The notes under the pieces were generated by a model. The model was not told the origin of the DNA. It ran no database searches and worked only from the letters and a program-made list of their open reading frames with translations. Both the position numbers and the translations under genes were made by a program. This document shows, piece after piece, positions 12,471 through 24,606 of a DNA stretch of 42,640 bases. Source of the DNA: Octopus bimaculoides (Eukaryota). The stretch is taken from positions 115,704,605 to 115,747,244 of the forward strand of contig NC_068986.1 of NCBI RefSeq assembly GCF_001194135.2, read 5' to 3'. How positions within the stretch are numbered: the stretch's first letter is position 1; each line of letters begins with the position of its first letter.

Positions 12471-12889
12471 TAGGTTCCATTCTGGGTTTCAACTACATCA
12501 ACATAAACGCACAGCTTAAAACACAGACAATAGCAACGAAAACATAATGTGGAATACACAACACTACAGACAATCAATACAGGAATATAGTNNNNNNNNN
12601 NNNNNNNNNNNNNNNNNNNNNNNNNNNNNNNNNNNNNNNNNNNNNNNNNNNNNNNNNNNNNNNNNNNNNNNNNNNNNNNNNNNNNNNNNNNNNNNNNNNN
12701 NNNNNNNNNNNNNNNNNNNNNNNNNNNNNNNNNNNNNNNNNNNNNNNNNNNNNNNNNNNNNNNNNNNNNNNNNNNNNNNNNNNNNNNNNNNNNNNNNNNN
12801 NNNNNNNNNNNNNNNNNNNNNNNNNNNNNNNNNNNNNNNNNNNNNNNNNNNNNNNNNNNNNNNNNNNNNNNNNNNNNNNNNNNNNNNNN

Positions 12890-12951
<62 letters not shown>

Positions 12952-13104
12952 CTCGCGCGCGATATAATAGAAATATATTCGCTTAGATGTCACCATATAT
13001 AAATTACAATGTCACAACTGAATACACTTTTACAGTGTTAAGTTCGCGTTTATATGCAGATATATGTGGTAGTGGTGGTAGTGGTTGAGTTTTATATTTC
13101 ATAT

Positions 13105-13108
13105 AACA

Positions 13109-13191
<83 letters not shown>

Positions 13192-13205
13192 TAATAATAA
13201 TAATA
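13105..13205. repeat. (AAT)n microsatellite
   Basis: Direct reading. Confidence 0.95.
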
Positions 13206-13407
13206 CGTGGCCATATTTATAACCATTTGTACTTCCGAAGAATTGTAATGCTTCGTTGGATAAATATACCAAAGTGAATACCTTAAACTAGGTCATATAC
13301 TATGCAGATGTGAGTGTACATATATATATATGTATGTATATACATGTGTGTGTACATTGAATATATATATATATCAATATATATATATATATATGTGTGT
13401 GTATGAG

Positions 13408-13439
<32 letters not shown>

Positions 13440-13642
13440 CACACACATATGTATATTACATATAATATATGCGCGCGCATTTGTATGTGTATGTACACAT
13501 TTATTTATATATATTTTTATGTATATTTATGCGTATATATATATATTCGGGCATACATATACACACATACACACATATGTGTATGTATGTATTTATGCAT
13601 ACATAATATATAGTATCCTGTATGTGTATGCGTGTGTGTGTG

Positions 13643-13708
13643 TACATGGCAATCTGATGACGGTAAGCAGCCGAAACTATGAAGCCAAAGTCAATTTTTT
13701 TTCATGTA
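13643..13708 (+). ncRNA. Candidate hammerhead ribozyme motif (helix I weak)
   Basis: CTGATGA 13654-13660, helix II GGT/GCC, GAAA 13673-13676, helix III hairpin to 13691, GTC site. Confidence 0.4.
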
Positions 13709-13731
13709 AAAATTAACAAAAATATATGTAC

Positions 13732-13785
<54 letters not shown>

Positions 13786-14539
13786 NNNNNNNNNNNNNNN
13801 NNNNNNNNNNNNNNNNNNNNNNNNNNNNNNNNNNNNNNNNNNNNNNNNNNNNNNNNNNNNNNNNNNNNNNNNNNNNNNNNNNNNNNNNNNNNNNNNNNNN
13901 NNNNNNNNNNNNNNNNNNNNNNNNNNNNNNNNNNNNNNNNNNNNNNNNNNNNNNNNNNNNNNNNNNNNNNNNNNNNNNNNNNNNNNNNNNNNNNNNNNNN
14001 NNNNNNNNNNNNNNNNNNNNNNNNNNNNNNNNNNNNNNNNNNNNNNNNNNNNNNNNNNNNNNNNNNNNNNNNNNNNNNNNNNNNNNNNNNNNNNNNNNNN
14101 NNNNNNNNNNNNNNNNNNNNNNNNNNNNNNNNNNNNNNNNNNNATGATGTACAGAAATTGAATATTGAGAAAAAAAGTCGTCAGAATTTTGGAAAAAAAT
14201 CTTATTTCTTCATTATTGTTGGCGCTTTCGTTCGTTTCTCGAACTTGTCAAATAAATTTTTGGGAATTTACAAACAGCTTGTTCATTTATATAATGATTG
14301 TGATGCCAAAGCCATTTAACTTGGCCGAAACAAAAGCTGGACAAGTAGTGGGGGTGAAAATACATTAAATACTACACAACGTACACGTAGGACAGACACC
14401 AGAACCCTAATACTTCATCAGTTATCGATGGGTAGAGAGGATGGTATTCCAATTTGGTTAGCAGCAAACTCAATGATATTCACAAAGGGGAGTTAATTAG
14501 GGTGAATAGGTATGCTAAGAGTAACATCAAAGAAACAAG

Positions 14540-14580
<41 letters not shown>

Positions 14581-15389
14581 GGAAGAAAGCGGAAGAGAAT
14601 GAGAGAGGGGGAGAAGAAAAAGGAAGAGAATAAGAGAGGGAGATAGAAAAAAAAGAATGTAAGAAGATGAACAGAAAATAGGAGAGCGTATAATTAAAAG
14701 GGTTCATAACGTTCCAGGAAATCGAATAAAATACCCAGTGAGATCCTGGTGGAAATATAATAATTCAAAACTATAATTATAAAAGAAAACAAATAAAATA
14801 GTAAAATTATTACAATATATTGAATCAGTAAATGATTATTATTCAAGAAAGTGAATCATTAAGATAAGCAGGTGATTAAATTTTCTAGAAAGTAGCTAAT
14901 AGCTTTTCAGAGGATAAAAAGGATCGTAGAAGGATTAGCTTGAAAAGGGATCAGAGAAAAATAACAGTAGCAGGGACAATTAAAATGCAAACGATATATG
15001 TGATTTTAAAATTTACTATAATATATAAATTAGCTAAATAAAATCTTTAAAAAAGACTTCACTTCTTTATTACATTGGTATGAACAACGAATTAACTACG
15101 TATGTTTATTAATTAGTCAAAAGCGATATTTAGATTTTCAAGCACTTCTATGCAACATAAATTACAACTCCCCCAGATCTGTTTATATGGACGTGCTGTC
15201 TGTATAATTGACCACGAAATAGAGTAAACATTGTTTCTATATTTATGGTCCTTAATATATTTTTCTTGTGATATATAATACGATATGCACCTATTGTTGA
15301 AAGAATATATAAGATTACTCCATTGCGATTTGAATTTTGGCGTTGTAGCGTCTATATAAAAGTATTACTTTATCGAGTGTTTGAACGGA

Positions 15390-15735
15390 AGATATACGTT
15401 TGTCAGGTGGCACGGGTTACTCAAAAGGCAATTATGACATCCCTACAGTTACACGTATTATCAAGTGAGATTTGAACTCAGAATATAGAATCGGAAGAAA
15501 AACTGCAAAAAAACAGTTTTACCGATGACCAAACGATTCTGCCAGATCGCTGACATTTTTTTAAAGTTTCTGATTCAGTTACAATGCCAGTAATTTTGAG
15601 AGAACGGCCTTGAGAGAAGGGGAATAATCGATCTCAGTGCAGGACTGAAGCTTTATTTTGCCAATCTCGGCAGATTGAAAGGCAAAGTTGATTTCGGCAA
15701 TAATTGAACACAAAAGGTAGCGAACCGGAAGCTTA
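15390..15735 (-). mobile_element. Two degenerate SINE B-like copies
   Basis: tttgaactcagaat..acgattctgccag (about 15470-15550) and ttgaaaggcaaagttgatttcggc (about 15675-15700). Confidence 0.55.
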
Positions 15736-15784
15736 AATAACAACAGCAACAATTAATGTCTATAAACTTATATAAACTTAAATA

Positions 15785-16075
15785 TGTTTCGACCAAAGAT
15801 TGGTCCAGGACATGTCTAAATTAATAGCACCACCTTATAGGATTATCTAAATCCTTTTAAGTCAAGTTTTGTAGTATCATGGTCCATTCGAGTAGAGAAT
15901 CCTTGCTAAGTAAGTTGTATCCAGGTATAGGTGGCTTGTCTGGTATTCCTTGAAGAAATTTATCCAGATATCAAAGAGATTAGCACTTAACTGAGTAATA
16001 TTTCATGAGATTGCTATGCTGTAGAATGGTTGAGTATACCTGTAACCTACATTTATTTTATGATTTTATGAGGGG
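15785..16075 (-). mobile_element. CR1-like LINE 3' end
   Basis: Minus strand encodes LDKFLQGIPDKPPIPGYNLLSKDSLLEW, followed by a 3' UTR similar to 2860-2938. Confidence 0.7.
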
Positions 16076-17113
16076 GGGAAACGGTGAAAGGGTTCCCAAA
16101 AATTATTTTGTAGAGCTTCGATGAATGATGGTGGGGGATAACAAGCAAGAAATCACGACTGATTTGTTGCTGCTCTACGAAGTATTAACATTATAATATC
16201 AAGTACTTTCTTCAGGTGAGAAACCTAATCAGAACACCTGTTGCAGAGAGAGTCTGCTTAAGACAATCAGAAGCAAGGAGGTGTCGTTAATCTGGGCTAC
16301 GATTTAAATACACCACCCTGAAAAGATAATCATTTGGCAGGTTACCACACAGCAGTGGAGCGTGTGGGTTTCAGAAGTCCAGAGCTGTCTCCAAATTGGC
16401 TGAGCCCTTGCTGAAGCATAACATACCTTCCATTCCAGCAAACATGTGTATAGAGTAACCATCCTGTGCGGTCCATAAACTCTGCACGCCCCTACACTGT
16501 GCCACTGTCACACAGCTACTTTCTATTAAATTTCACTTATGAGTTCTAGTAAAAGACATTTAATCATGGCTGTGAACTGTGATATATCTACAACATAATT
16601 ACGAAGTATTAAATGTTGAGCCAAAAATCGAAAGAGATATAAACCTCAGCCACACTCTGATCTGTTACGTAAGAGCGTACACCAACCAACAGCTTTGCCC
16701 GATATTATATATATATATATATNNNNNNNNNNNNNNNNNNNNNNNNNNNNNNNNNNNNNNNNNNNNNNNNNNNNNNNNNNNNNNNNNNNNTATATATATA
16801 ATATGCATGTGCAAACCACAAGTTCTTTCTGCTGAGAGTACGATATCCGGGACATTTCTTGCAACAAGCTATAGTTATAAATGTTGATTTATTATTAGTT
16901 GACGGTGGTGCCTCGCTGTCACTAACCAGACAGAATTCCATCTCTTGACTTCGTCACATCCCACTTGCTCATTTCCACATGCACATGTACAAGTACATAG
17001 ATACATGTACACATGCATGAATATATACATACATACATATATACTATATATCTATATATATACATATGTACACGATTGTGTACGTATATATTTTTATGTG
17101 TGTTGGATTTACA

Positions 17114-17173
<60 letters not shown>

Positions 17174-17710
17174 GTTAGTATGTACATGTGTGTTTATGTA
17201 TATATAAAAGTATATGTGTATGTGATGTGCGCGTGTATGTGTGTGTGTGCGTGCGTCTGTGTTTGTGTGTGTGTGCATGTGTGTGCATGTGTGTGCGTGT
17301 GCGTGAGTATGTGCGTGATACGAGTATATGAGTGTGTGAATAGGAAGACTGGTATCTGGTGAGCCGGTTGATGGGCGGGTTTGACAAACAGGATTGAATG
17401 CTGGGATAGCCGTCTGATATAGTGTAAGGAGTAAGGAGGGTGGGAGAGAATGAAGGTGGAAGGGAGGTAAAATGGATGAGTGAGATATGGCGGGGTGAGA
17501 GATGGGTGATATAATGATTATTTCAGAAACGACAGTTATATGAGCTGAGCAAGTGTGTTTCTATATACAGTCGTATACACATACACACACACACATATAT
17601 ATATATACATACACTCATAAACATGCATATATAATTGGTGTCTATATGTATATATGTATATATATATATACATATATATATATATGCATATATATATGTA
17701 TATATATGTA

Positions 17711-17763
<53 letters not shown>

Positions 17764-18646
17764 NNNNNNNNNNNNNNNNNNNNNNNNNNNNNNNNNNNNN
17801 NNNNNNNNNNNNNNNNNNNNNNNNNNNNNNNNNNNNNNNNNNNNNNNNNNNNNNNNNNNNNNNNNNNNNNNNNNNNNNNNNNNNNNNNNNNNNNNNNNNN
17901 NNNNNNNNNNNNNNNNNNNNNNNNNNNNNNNNNNNNNNNNNNNNNNNNNNNNNNNNNNNNNNNNNNNNNNNNNNNNNNNNNNNNNNNNNNNNNNNNNNNN
18001 NNNNNNNNNNNNNNNNNNNNNNNNNNNNNNNNNNNNNNNNNNNNNNNNNNNNNNNNNNNNNNNNNNNNNNNNNNNNNNNNNNNNNNNNNNNNNNNNNNNN
18101 NNNNNNNNNNNNNNNNNNNNNNNNNNNNNNNNNNNNNNNNNNNNNNNNNNNNNNNNNNNNNNNNNNNNNNNNNNNNNNNNNNNNNNNNNNNNNNNNNNNN
18201 NNNNNNNNNNNNNNNNNNNNNNNNNNNNNNNNNNNNNNNNNNNNNNNNNNNNNNNNNNNNNNNNNNNNNNNNNNNNNNNNNNNNNNNNNNNNNNNNNNNN
18301 NNNNNNNNNNNNNNNNNNNNNNNNNNNNNNNNNNNNNNNNNNNNNNNNNNNNNNNNNNNNNNNNNNNNNNNNNNNNNNNNNNNNNNNNNNNNNNNNNNNN
18401 NNNNNNNNNNNNNNNNNNNNNNNNNNNNNNNNNNNNNNNNNNNNNNNNNNNNNNNNNNNNNNNNNNNNNNNNNNNNNNNNNNNNNNNNNNNNNNNNNNNN
18501 NNNNNNNNNNNNNNNNNNNNNNNNNNNNNNNNNNNNNNNNNNNNNNNNNNNNNNNNNNNNNNNNNNNNNNNNNNNNNNNNNNNNNNNNNNNNNNNNNNNN
18601 NNNNNNNNNNNNNNNNNNNNNNNNNNNNNNNNNNNNNNNNNNNNNN

Positions 18647-18689
<43 letters not shown>

Positions 18690-18749
18690 TGTATGTATAT
18701 ATATATGTATATATATGTATATATATATGTGTGTGTGTGTGTGTACATA

Positions 18750-19122
18750 GACGCAAGGGCGGCTGTAGTAAGTAGCTTGCTTACCAACCATATGGTTCCG
18801 AGTTCAGTCCCACTGCGCGGCACCTTGGGCAAGTGTCTTCTACAACACCTTCGGGCCGACCATAGCCTTTTGAGTGGATTTGGTGGACGGAAACTGAAAG
18901 AAGATATATATATATCTTTGTGTGTCTGTGTTTGTCCTCCCAACATAGCTTGACAACCGATGCTGGTGTGTTTACGCCCTGATAACTTAGCGGTTCGGCA
19001 AAAGAGACCGATAGAATAAGCACTAGGCTTACAAAGAATCAGCCCTGGGGTCGATGTTCCCGATTAATTGCGGTGCTCCAGCATGGCCGTAGTCAAATGA
19101 CTGAAACAAATAAAAGAATAAA
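18750..19122 (+). mobile_element. SINE family A, full length
   Basis: Head with gagttcagtcc (box B-like), short internal (TA)/(GT) run, standard tail. Confidence 0.9.
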
Positions 19123-19127
19123 AGAAT

Positions 19128-19192
<65 letters not shown>

Positions 19193-20399
19193 NNNNNNNN
19201 NNNNNNNNNNNNNNNNNNNNNNNNNNNNNNNNNNNNNNNNNNNNNNNNNNNNNNNNNNNNNNNNNNNNNNNNNNNNNNNNNNNNNNNNNNNNNNNNNNNN
19301 NNNNNNNNNNNNNNNNNNNNNNNNNNNNNNNNNNNNNNNNNNNNNNNNNNNNNNNNNNNNNNNNNNNNNNNNNNNNNNNNNNNNNNNNNNNNNNNNNNNN
19401 NNNNNNNNNNNNNNNNNNNNNNNNNNNNNNNNNNNNNNNNNNNNNNNNNNNNNNNNNNNNNNNNNNNNNNNNNNNNNNNNNNNNNNNNNNNNNNNNNNNN
19501 NNNNNNNNNNNNNNNNNNNNNNNNNNNNNNNNNNNNNNNNNNNNNNNNNNNNNNNNNNNNNNNNNNNNNNNNNNNNNNNNNNNNNNNNNNNNNNNNNNNN
19601 NNNNNNNNNNNNNNNNNNNNNNNNNNNNNNNNNNNNNNNNNNNNNNNNNNNNNNNNNNNNNNNNNNNNNNNNNNNNNNNNNNNNNNNNNNNNNNNNNNNN
19701 NNNNNNNNNNNNNNNNNNNNNNNNNNNNNNNNNNNNNNNNNNNNNNNNNNNNNNNNNNNNNNNNNNNNNNNNNNNNNNNNNNNNNNNNNNNNNNNNNNNN
19801 NNNNNNNNNNNNNNNNNNNNNNNNNNNNNNNNNNNNNNNNNNNNNNNNNNNNNNNNNNNNNNNNNNNNNNNNNNNNNNNNNNNNNNNNNNNNNNNNNNNN
19901 NNNNNNNNNNNNNNNNNNNNNNNNNNNNNNNNNNNNNNNNNNNNNNNNNNNNNNNNNNNNNNNNNNNNNNNNNNNNNNNNNNNNNNNNNNNNNNNNNNNN
20001 NNNNNNNNNNNNNNNNNNNNNNNNNNNNNNNNNNNNNNNNNNNNNNNNNNNNNNNNNNNNNNNNNNNNNNNNNNNNNNNNNNNNNNNNNNNNNNNNNNNN
20101 NNNNNNNNNNNNNNNNNNNNNNNNNNNNATATATGGATGTATATATGACGGTTTATACGTCAACTATCTACATTTATGCATATATGTAGGTTACATATCC
20201 ACATTAATAAAAAGTCATGCGAATGTGCACATGTACAGAAGGATTGCTGAATGGAAGGGTGGATGGATAGATGTGTATATATTTGTATGTATTTGTATAT
20301 ACGTTCTTCAATTTATTTCCGTCGCTGTAGATATCTTCGCCGTTGACACAACGGCTAAATTATGGTAACGTAACAAGCAGCACCCTCCTGCCAAGCGGT

Positions 20400-20430
<31 letters not shown>

Positions 20431-21007
20431 TGGATAAAGGTTTCCACTGTTTTCGTGGATCAAATGGCCAGAGGTTGTTGGAGCAAATACATACCGCTCG
20501 AGATGTTTTGTGAGGTGCCGCACAAGATACTGCGTGAGGAGCCGTGCAATGGAATTGAAGCCAAAACCAGTCCGTTGAGAAGCGAATCTTTTAACTACCT
20601 TATCGTACCCGTTCTATAATACTTATATATATATATTCATCCTTAGTCGAAAGACACCTGTTGTTATGTCCTGTTATTTGCATTTGTATTTGTGTACCAT
20701 TTCTCCGGGGTTTTTTCATCCTTGTTTTCGTATACATTCGCTGCTTTCTTCCAAGGAATCTAATGCTCTTAGCTTAGTTNNNNNNNNNNGCTTTCTTCCA
20801 AGGAATCTAATGCTCTTAGCTTAGTTTTTCCTTGGGGATGGCCAGTTTGGAGCAATCTCAAGTATAACCAGCTGAAATTGCTAAGATAATCTGGAACTCG
20901 ACTGAGGAAAGAAAACTTCGAATGACCCGTCCTTGCTTTTTCTTGCCCCTTTTTTGTATCATCTAACTGTCTAGATGTTTTGCGTTCTTGTCCCATTTTT
21001 TGTAGTC

Positions 21008-21044
<37 letters not shown>

Positions 21045-21046
<2 letters not shown>

Positions 21047-21517
21047 GTAATCCATCGATTATCGAGGGTGTTACGTTCCAAATACCCGCCACCCCGAATG
21101 GTGAAAATCCGCGAAGTAGAAACAGTACTGTATATTTTTTTTGCTATATTTATAATTTGTATATATTTATTGCAAAGCAACACCACATACTCGCCTCCCG
21201 TATTTCGTTTTCCATACAATGTGTGCGATTCTTTGTTTACTCATCTACGGTACACTACGTATTTTCTTTTGATATATTTTAATTAATGTGTTATATAGTG
21301 CAGTACTGTACTGTATTTTTATTTATTAATTTATTAACTTTTAGGCGTGAAAATGCTTATTTTACCACAGAAGTAATTAAAATCTAAAAAAAATATAAAT
21401 ACCTATCGACCGCAGAAACCCGTGATATACTGAGGAGTCCACGATATAAATTTAGATATATTAGTCAGATGTACTGATGGCGCAATTTGTGAAACGCGAT
21501 ATGGTGAGTGATTACTG
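21045..21517. mobile_element. Tigger/pogo-like MITE
   Basis: Imperfect TIRs CAGTAATCCATCGATTATCGAG and (reverse complement) CAGTAATCACTCACCATATCGCG, in a (TA)n context, no ORF. Confidence 0.7.
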
Positions 21518-21950
21518 TATATATATATATATATATAAAATAGGACTCTGGAAAACTTTTTGTATTACTTAATCACCATTACACATGTTTCATTTACTAA
21601 TGGGAATTACAAAATTCTACATGCTGAATAAACATGTAAGAAATTTCTTATCAGAAATTCTTCAGACAGTGAATCAAATAATACATAATTTACATTTAGA
21701 TGAAGCCTTCAAGAAGTCACAACTTGGATTATTTTCCCTAACTACATATGTGTGTGTGCGTGTGTATGTGTGTGTGTGTTTGTGCGTGCATGCGTGCGGG
21801 TGGTAAGTACGATACAGGAAACCAACTGTAGGAAGTTAGTAAGCTTCAAACATTTATGCGAAAGTTTTACTGTTTTTACATATACATTTTTTTTACATTA
21901 TTTACATTATTTACAATTGACGGATATTTGTCCTCATCTTGTTTGTTGTT

Positions 21951-21996
21951 AGCACAACGTTTCTGTTGATATACCCTCCAGCTTTCATCAGGTGTC
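21951..21996 (-). ncRNA. Degenerate copy of the same hammerhead
   Basis: Minus strand GACAC-CTGATGA-A-AGCTG(GAGGGTATAT)CAACA-GAA-ACGT-T-GTGCT: core intact, helix II has 2 mismatches. Confidence 0.6.
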
Positions 21997-22143
21997 TTGG
22001 GGAAATTTCGAACCTGGGTTCTCATTCCTAAGGTATTTTCGATGTTGTTGTTGTTGTTGTTGTTGTTGTTATTGTTGTTAATAATAATAACAACAACAAC
22101 AAAATACCTTAGGAATGAGAACCCAGGTTCGAAATTTCCCCAA

Positions 22144-22189
22144 GACACCTGATGAAGGCTGGAGGGTATATCAGCCGAAACGTTGTGTT
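22144..22189 (+). ncRNA. Minimal type I hammerhead ribozyme, apparently intact
   Basis: GACAC-CTGATGA-A-GGCTG(GAGGGTATAT)CAGCC-GAA-ACGT-T-GTGTT: 5-bp helix I, full core, perfect 5-bp helix II, palindromic helix III. Confidence 0.75.
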
Positions 22190-22544
22190 AACAACAAACA
22201 AGATGAAGACAAATATCCTCAAATGTAAATAATGTAAATAATGTACATAATTCCTCATCTCTTAAATATAGAACTGTTTTTACATATGTTGTAAACATAC
22301 GCAGAATCAGCTTAGCTAATCATCAAGTCCGATTATCTATAAGCTGTTTATATTGTCGCTTGAAGATAAGCAAATGGGTTATCAGACAAACCACAACACG
22401 AATAGCAAGTTGAGAAAAACGGAAAAACAAAATCTAAATCAAATGACCTGTGAAGGTTTCAATTAGAGGGGAGCTCACCCTAAAGGGACATAAGGTGCGT
22501 ATGTTTACAGATAGGGGAGGAAAATTAATGTTAGGTATGCACAT

Positions 22545-22707
22545 AGGCGCAGGCATGGCTGTGTGGTAAGTAGCTTGCTTACCAACAACATGGTTCTGGG
22601 TTCAGTCCCACTGCGTGGCACCTTGGGCAAGTGTCTTCTACTATAACCTCGGGCCGACCAAAGCCTTGTGAGTGGATTTGGTAGAAGGAAACTGAAAGAA
22701 GCCCGTC

Positions 22708-22776
<69 letters not shown>

Positions 22777-23030
22777 TCCCTACCACCACCATCGCTTGAC
22801 AACCGATGTTGGTGTGTTTATATCCCCGTAACTTAGCGGTTCGGCAAAAGAAACCGATCGAATAAGTACTAGGCTTACAATGAATAAGTCCTGGGGTCGA
22901 TTTGTTCGACTAAAGGCGCAGTCAAATGACTGAAACAAGAATAAAAGAATAAAAGAATAAAAGAATAACAGAATATATGCAAATGGCGGTGCCCCAGCAT
23001 GGCCACAGCTCATGAGCTGAAACTAGATAA
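22545..23030 (+). mobile_element. SINE family A with internal (GT)n and rearranged tail
   Basis: Full head. The ggcggtgccccagcatggcc block is displaced to after an (AAGAATAA)n run. Confidence 0.9.
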
Positions 23031-23773
23031 AATGATAAAAGGAAAATGAAATGAATATATCGTCCTCAGACAGACCGATTTCATCTTCTAATATATTCAG
23101 TGTGTCTGAAGTAACAAAATGAATTTATAGAAAAACTTGCTCAAGCTATCATAACTGCTGTGAAAGTGCTTAAATACATAATATATAGACAAAAACGTCT
23201 CTTTCGACATCCTTTCCCTCTTTTGTCTCGTACTTCTGAGTTTAAATGGACTCAGATGAAAACATAACTCATTTTGTTGCGTGCTCCCAGTTTCGGACTT
23301 TCTCTAACATACAACAGCCACATCTGTGCTAAAGCTTTTCCTGTTTCCCTCTACTGTCGGTCAATCATTGCATCACTGGTGTGCCATCCTTCCTAAACCA
23401 GCCTGACAGAATATCGTGGATCTTCTTGGAAATCGACTGTACATACTTCTACCGGAAGAACAGATTCCATAACTCCATATTTTACATCCGTTCTAAAACA
23501 TCTGGATTCCCCAGTTTTCATCTACCAAATTCCACTTAGAAGGAATTGGTCAACTCGTTTATATTTAATATGTATTTTTTCCAAAGTGCCTGAACCGGAA
23601 ACTATATGATTGCGAAGCAAACTTCTAAATCACGCAGTTATAGTTTTACAGTTTAAGACACAAAGAAGCGAACCGACGCTTTTAAATGTCAATATTGTTG
23701 TAGTGGGTCTTATTCACTGCGGTGATGTCTGTAACGGCAAAGTTATTAAGAGATACACAGCATTGAGCATGTC

Positions 23774-23774
<1 letters not shown>

Positions 23775-23837
<63 letters not shown>
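23775..23837. repeat. (GATA)n microsatellite
   Basis: Direct reading. Confidence 0.95.
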
Positions 23838-24497
23838 TTCAATATCATTTCCACTTCCTTTCTTCCCATTGATCGTCCAACCAATAGACACGTGCACACG
23901 TATATATACATGAAATAGTCAGATATCCCAAATGTTTGATAAGCAGATACTTCTCAAAGCGCCTACACTTCCCGAAAATATTTGACTTGATATTCAAATG
24001 GAGACTATGGTGACGTAGATATTTTAGGATGAACTGTTTAGTGCTATGTCATATTTTATTTATCTTCTTATAAATCTTACATTTGATGCTGCAATTGGGA
24101 GAGTTCTCTTTTAACGGCCAAGTGTAGCCGGCTATTCTAATTTCAATGTATTTTAAAGCTGAAGTATGGTTGTATCACATCTGCTTTAACTTCCTCCATT
24201 TATGCCTATATATCGTTTACATGAAATGGTTTGCGAAAATAACCTCTGCTTCATAAATGATGGCTTCTGTGTTGCAAAACATTTTTAGTGGGCATCTCTG
24301 AATGAGCATATGGCTTTAGCTTTATTGGTGGTGCATGTGATACTTGTAATAGAACTTGATATTTTAATTAAGATTAATTAGCTTAATTTATGTGGGGGTG
24401 GACAGGAGTCGTGGAGGTCTCTGCCCACCGACGCTTCTAGGCATGACGCATGACACATGAAGAAGGAGCTGGTGAAGAAGGGGTGAAGGAGGAGATG

Positions 24498-24575
24498 GAA
24501 GAAGAAGAAGAAGAAGAAGAAGAAGAAGAAGAAGAAGAAGAAGAAGAAGAAGAAGAAGAAGAAGAAGAAGAAGAA

Positions 24576-24606
<31 letters not shown>
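24498..24606. repeat. (GAA)n-(GAT)n microsatellite
   Basis: Direct reading. Confidence 0.95.

Larger units (their letters stand above)
21884..22272. mobile_element. Non-coding inverted-repeat insertion resembling PLE terminal repeats, one HHR per arm, 15-bp TSD
   Basis: Arms about 21893-22040 and 22099-22245 are reverse complements around (GTT)n/(AAC)n. ACTGTTTTTACATAT occurs at 21869-21883 and 22273-22287. Confidence 0.8.

Noticed and set aside
14179-14283. Peptide RQNFGKKSYFFIIVGAFVRFSNL loosely resembling the SLC6 TM1 exon (R..WGKK..FL.SVIG.AVDLGN)
   Set aside because: It lacks the invariant WRFPY and NGG, needs a gap, and has no suitable phase-1 donor; most likely chance.
20743-20826. 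37-bp direct repeat on either side of a 10-N gap
   Set aside because: Typical unmerged contig overlap, so an assembly artefact.
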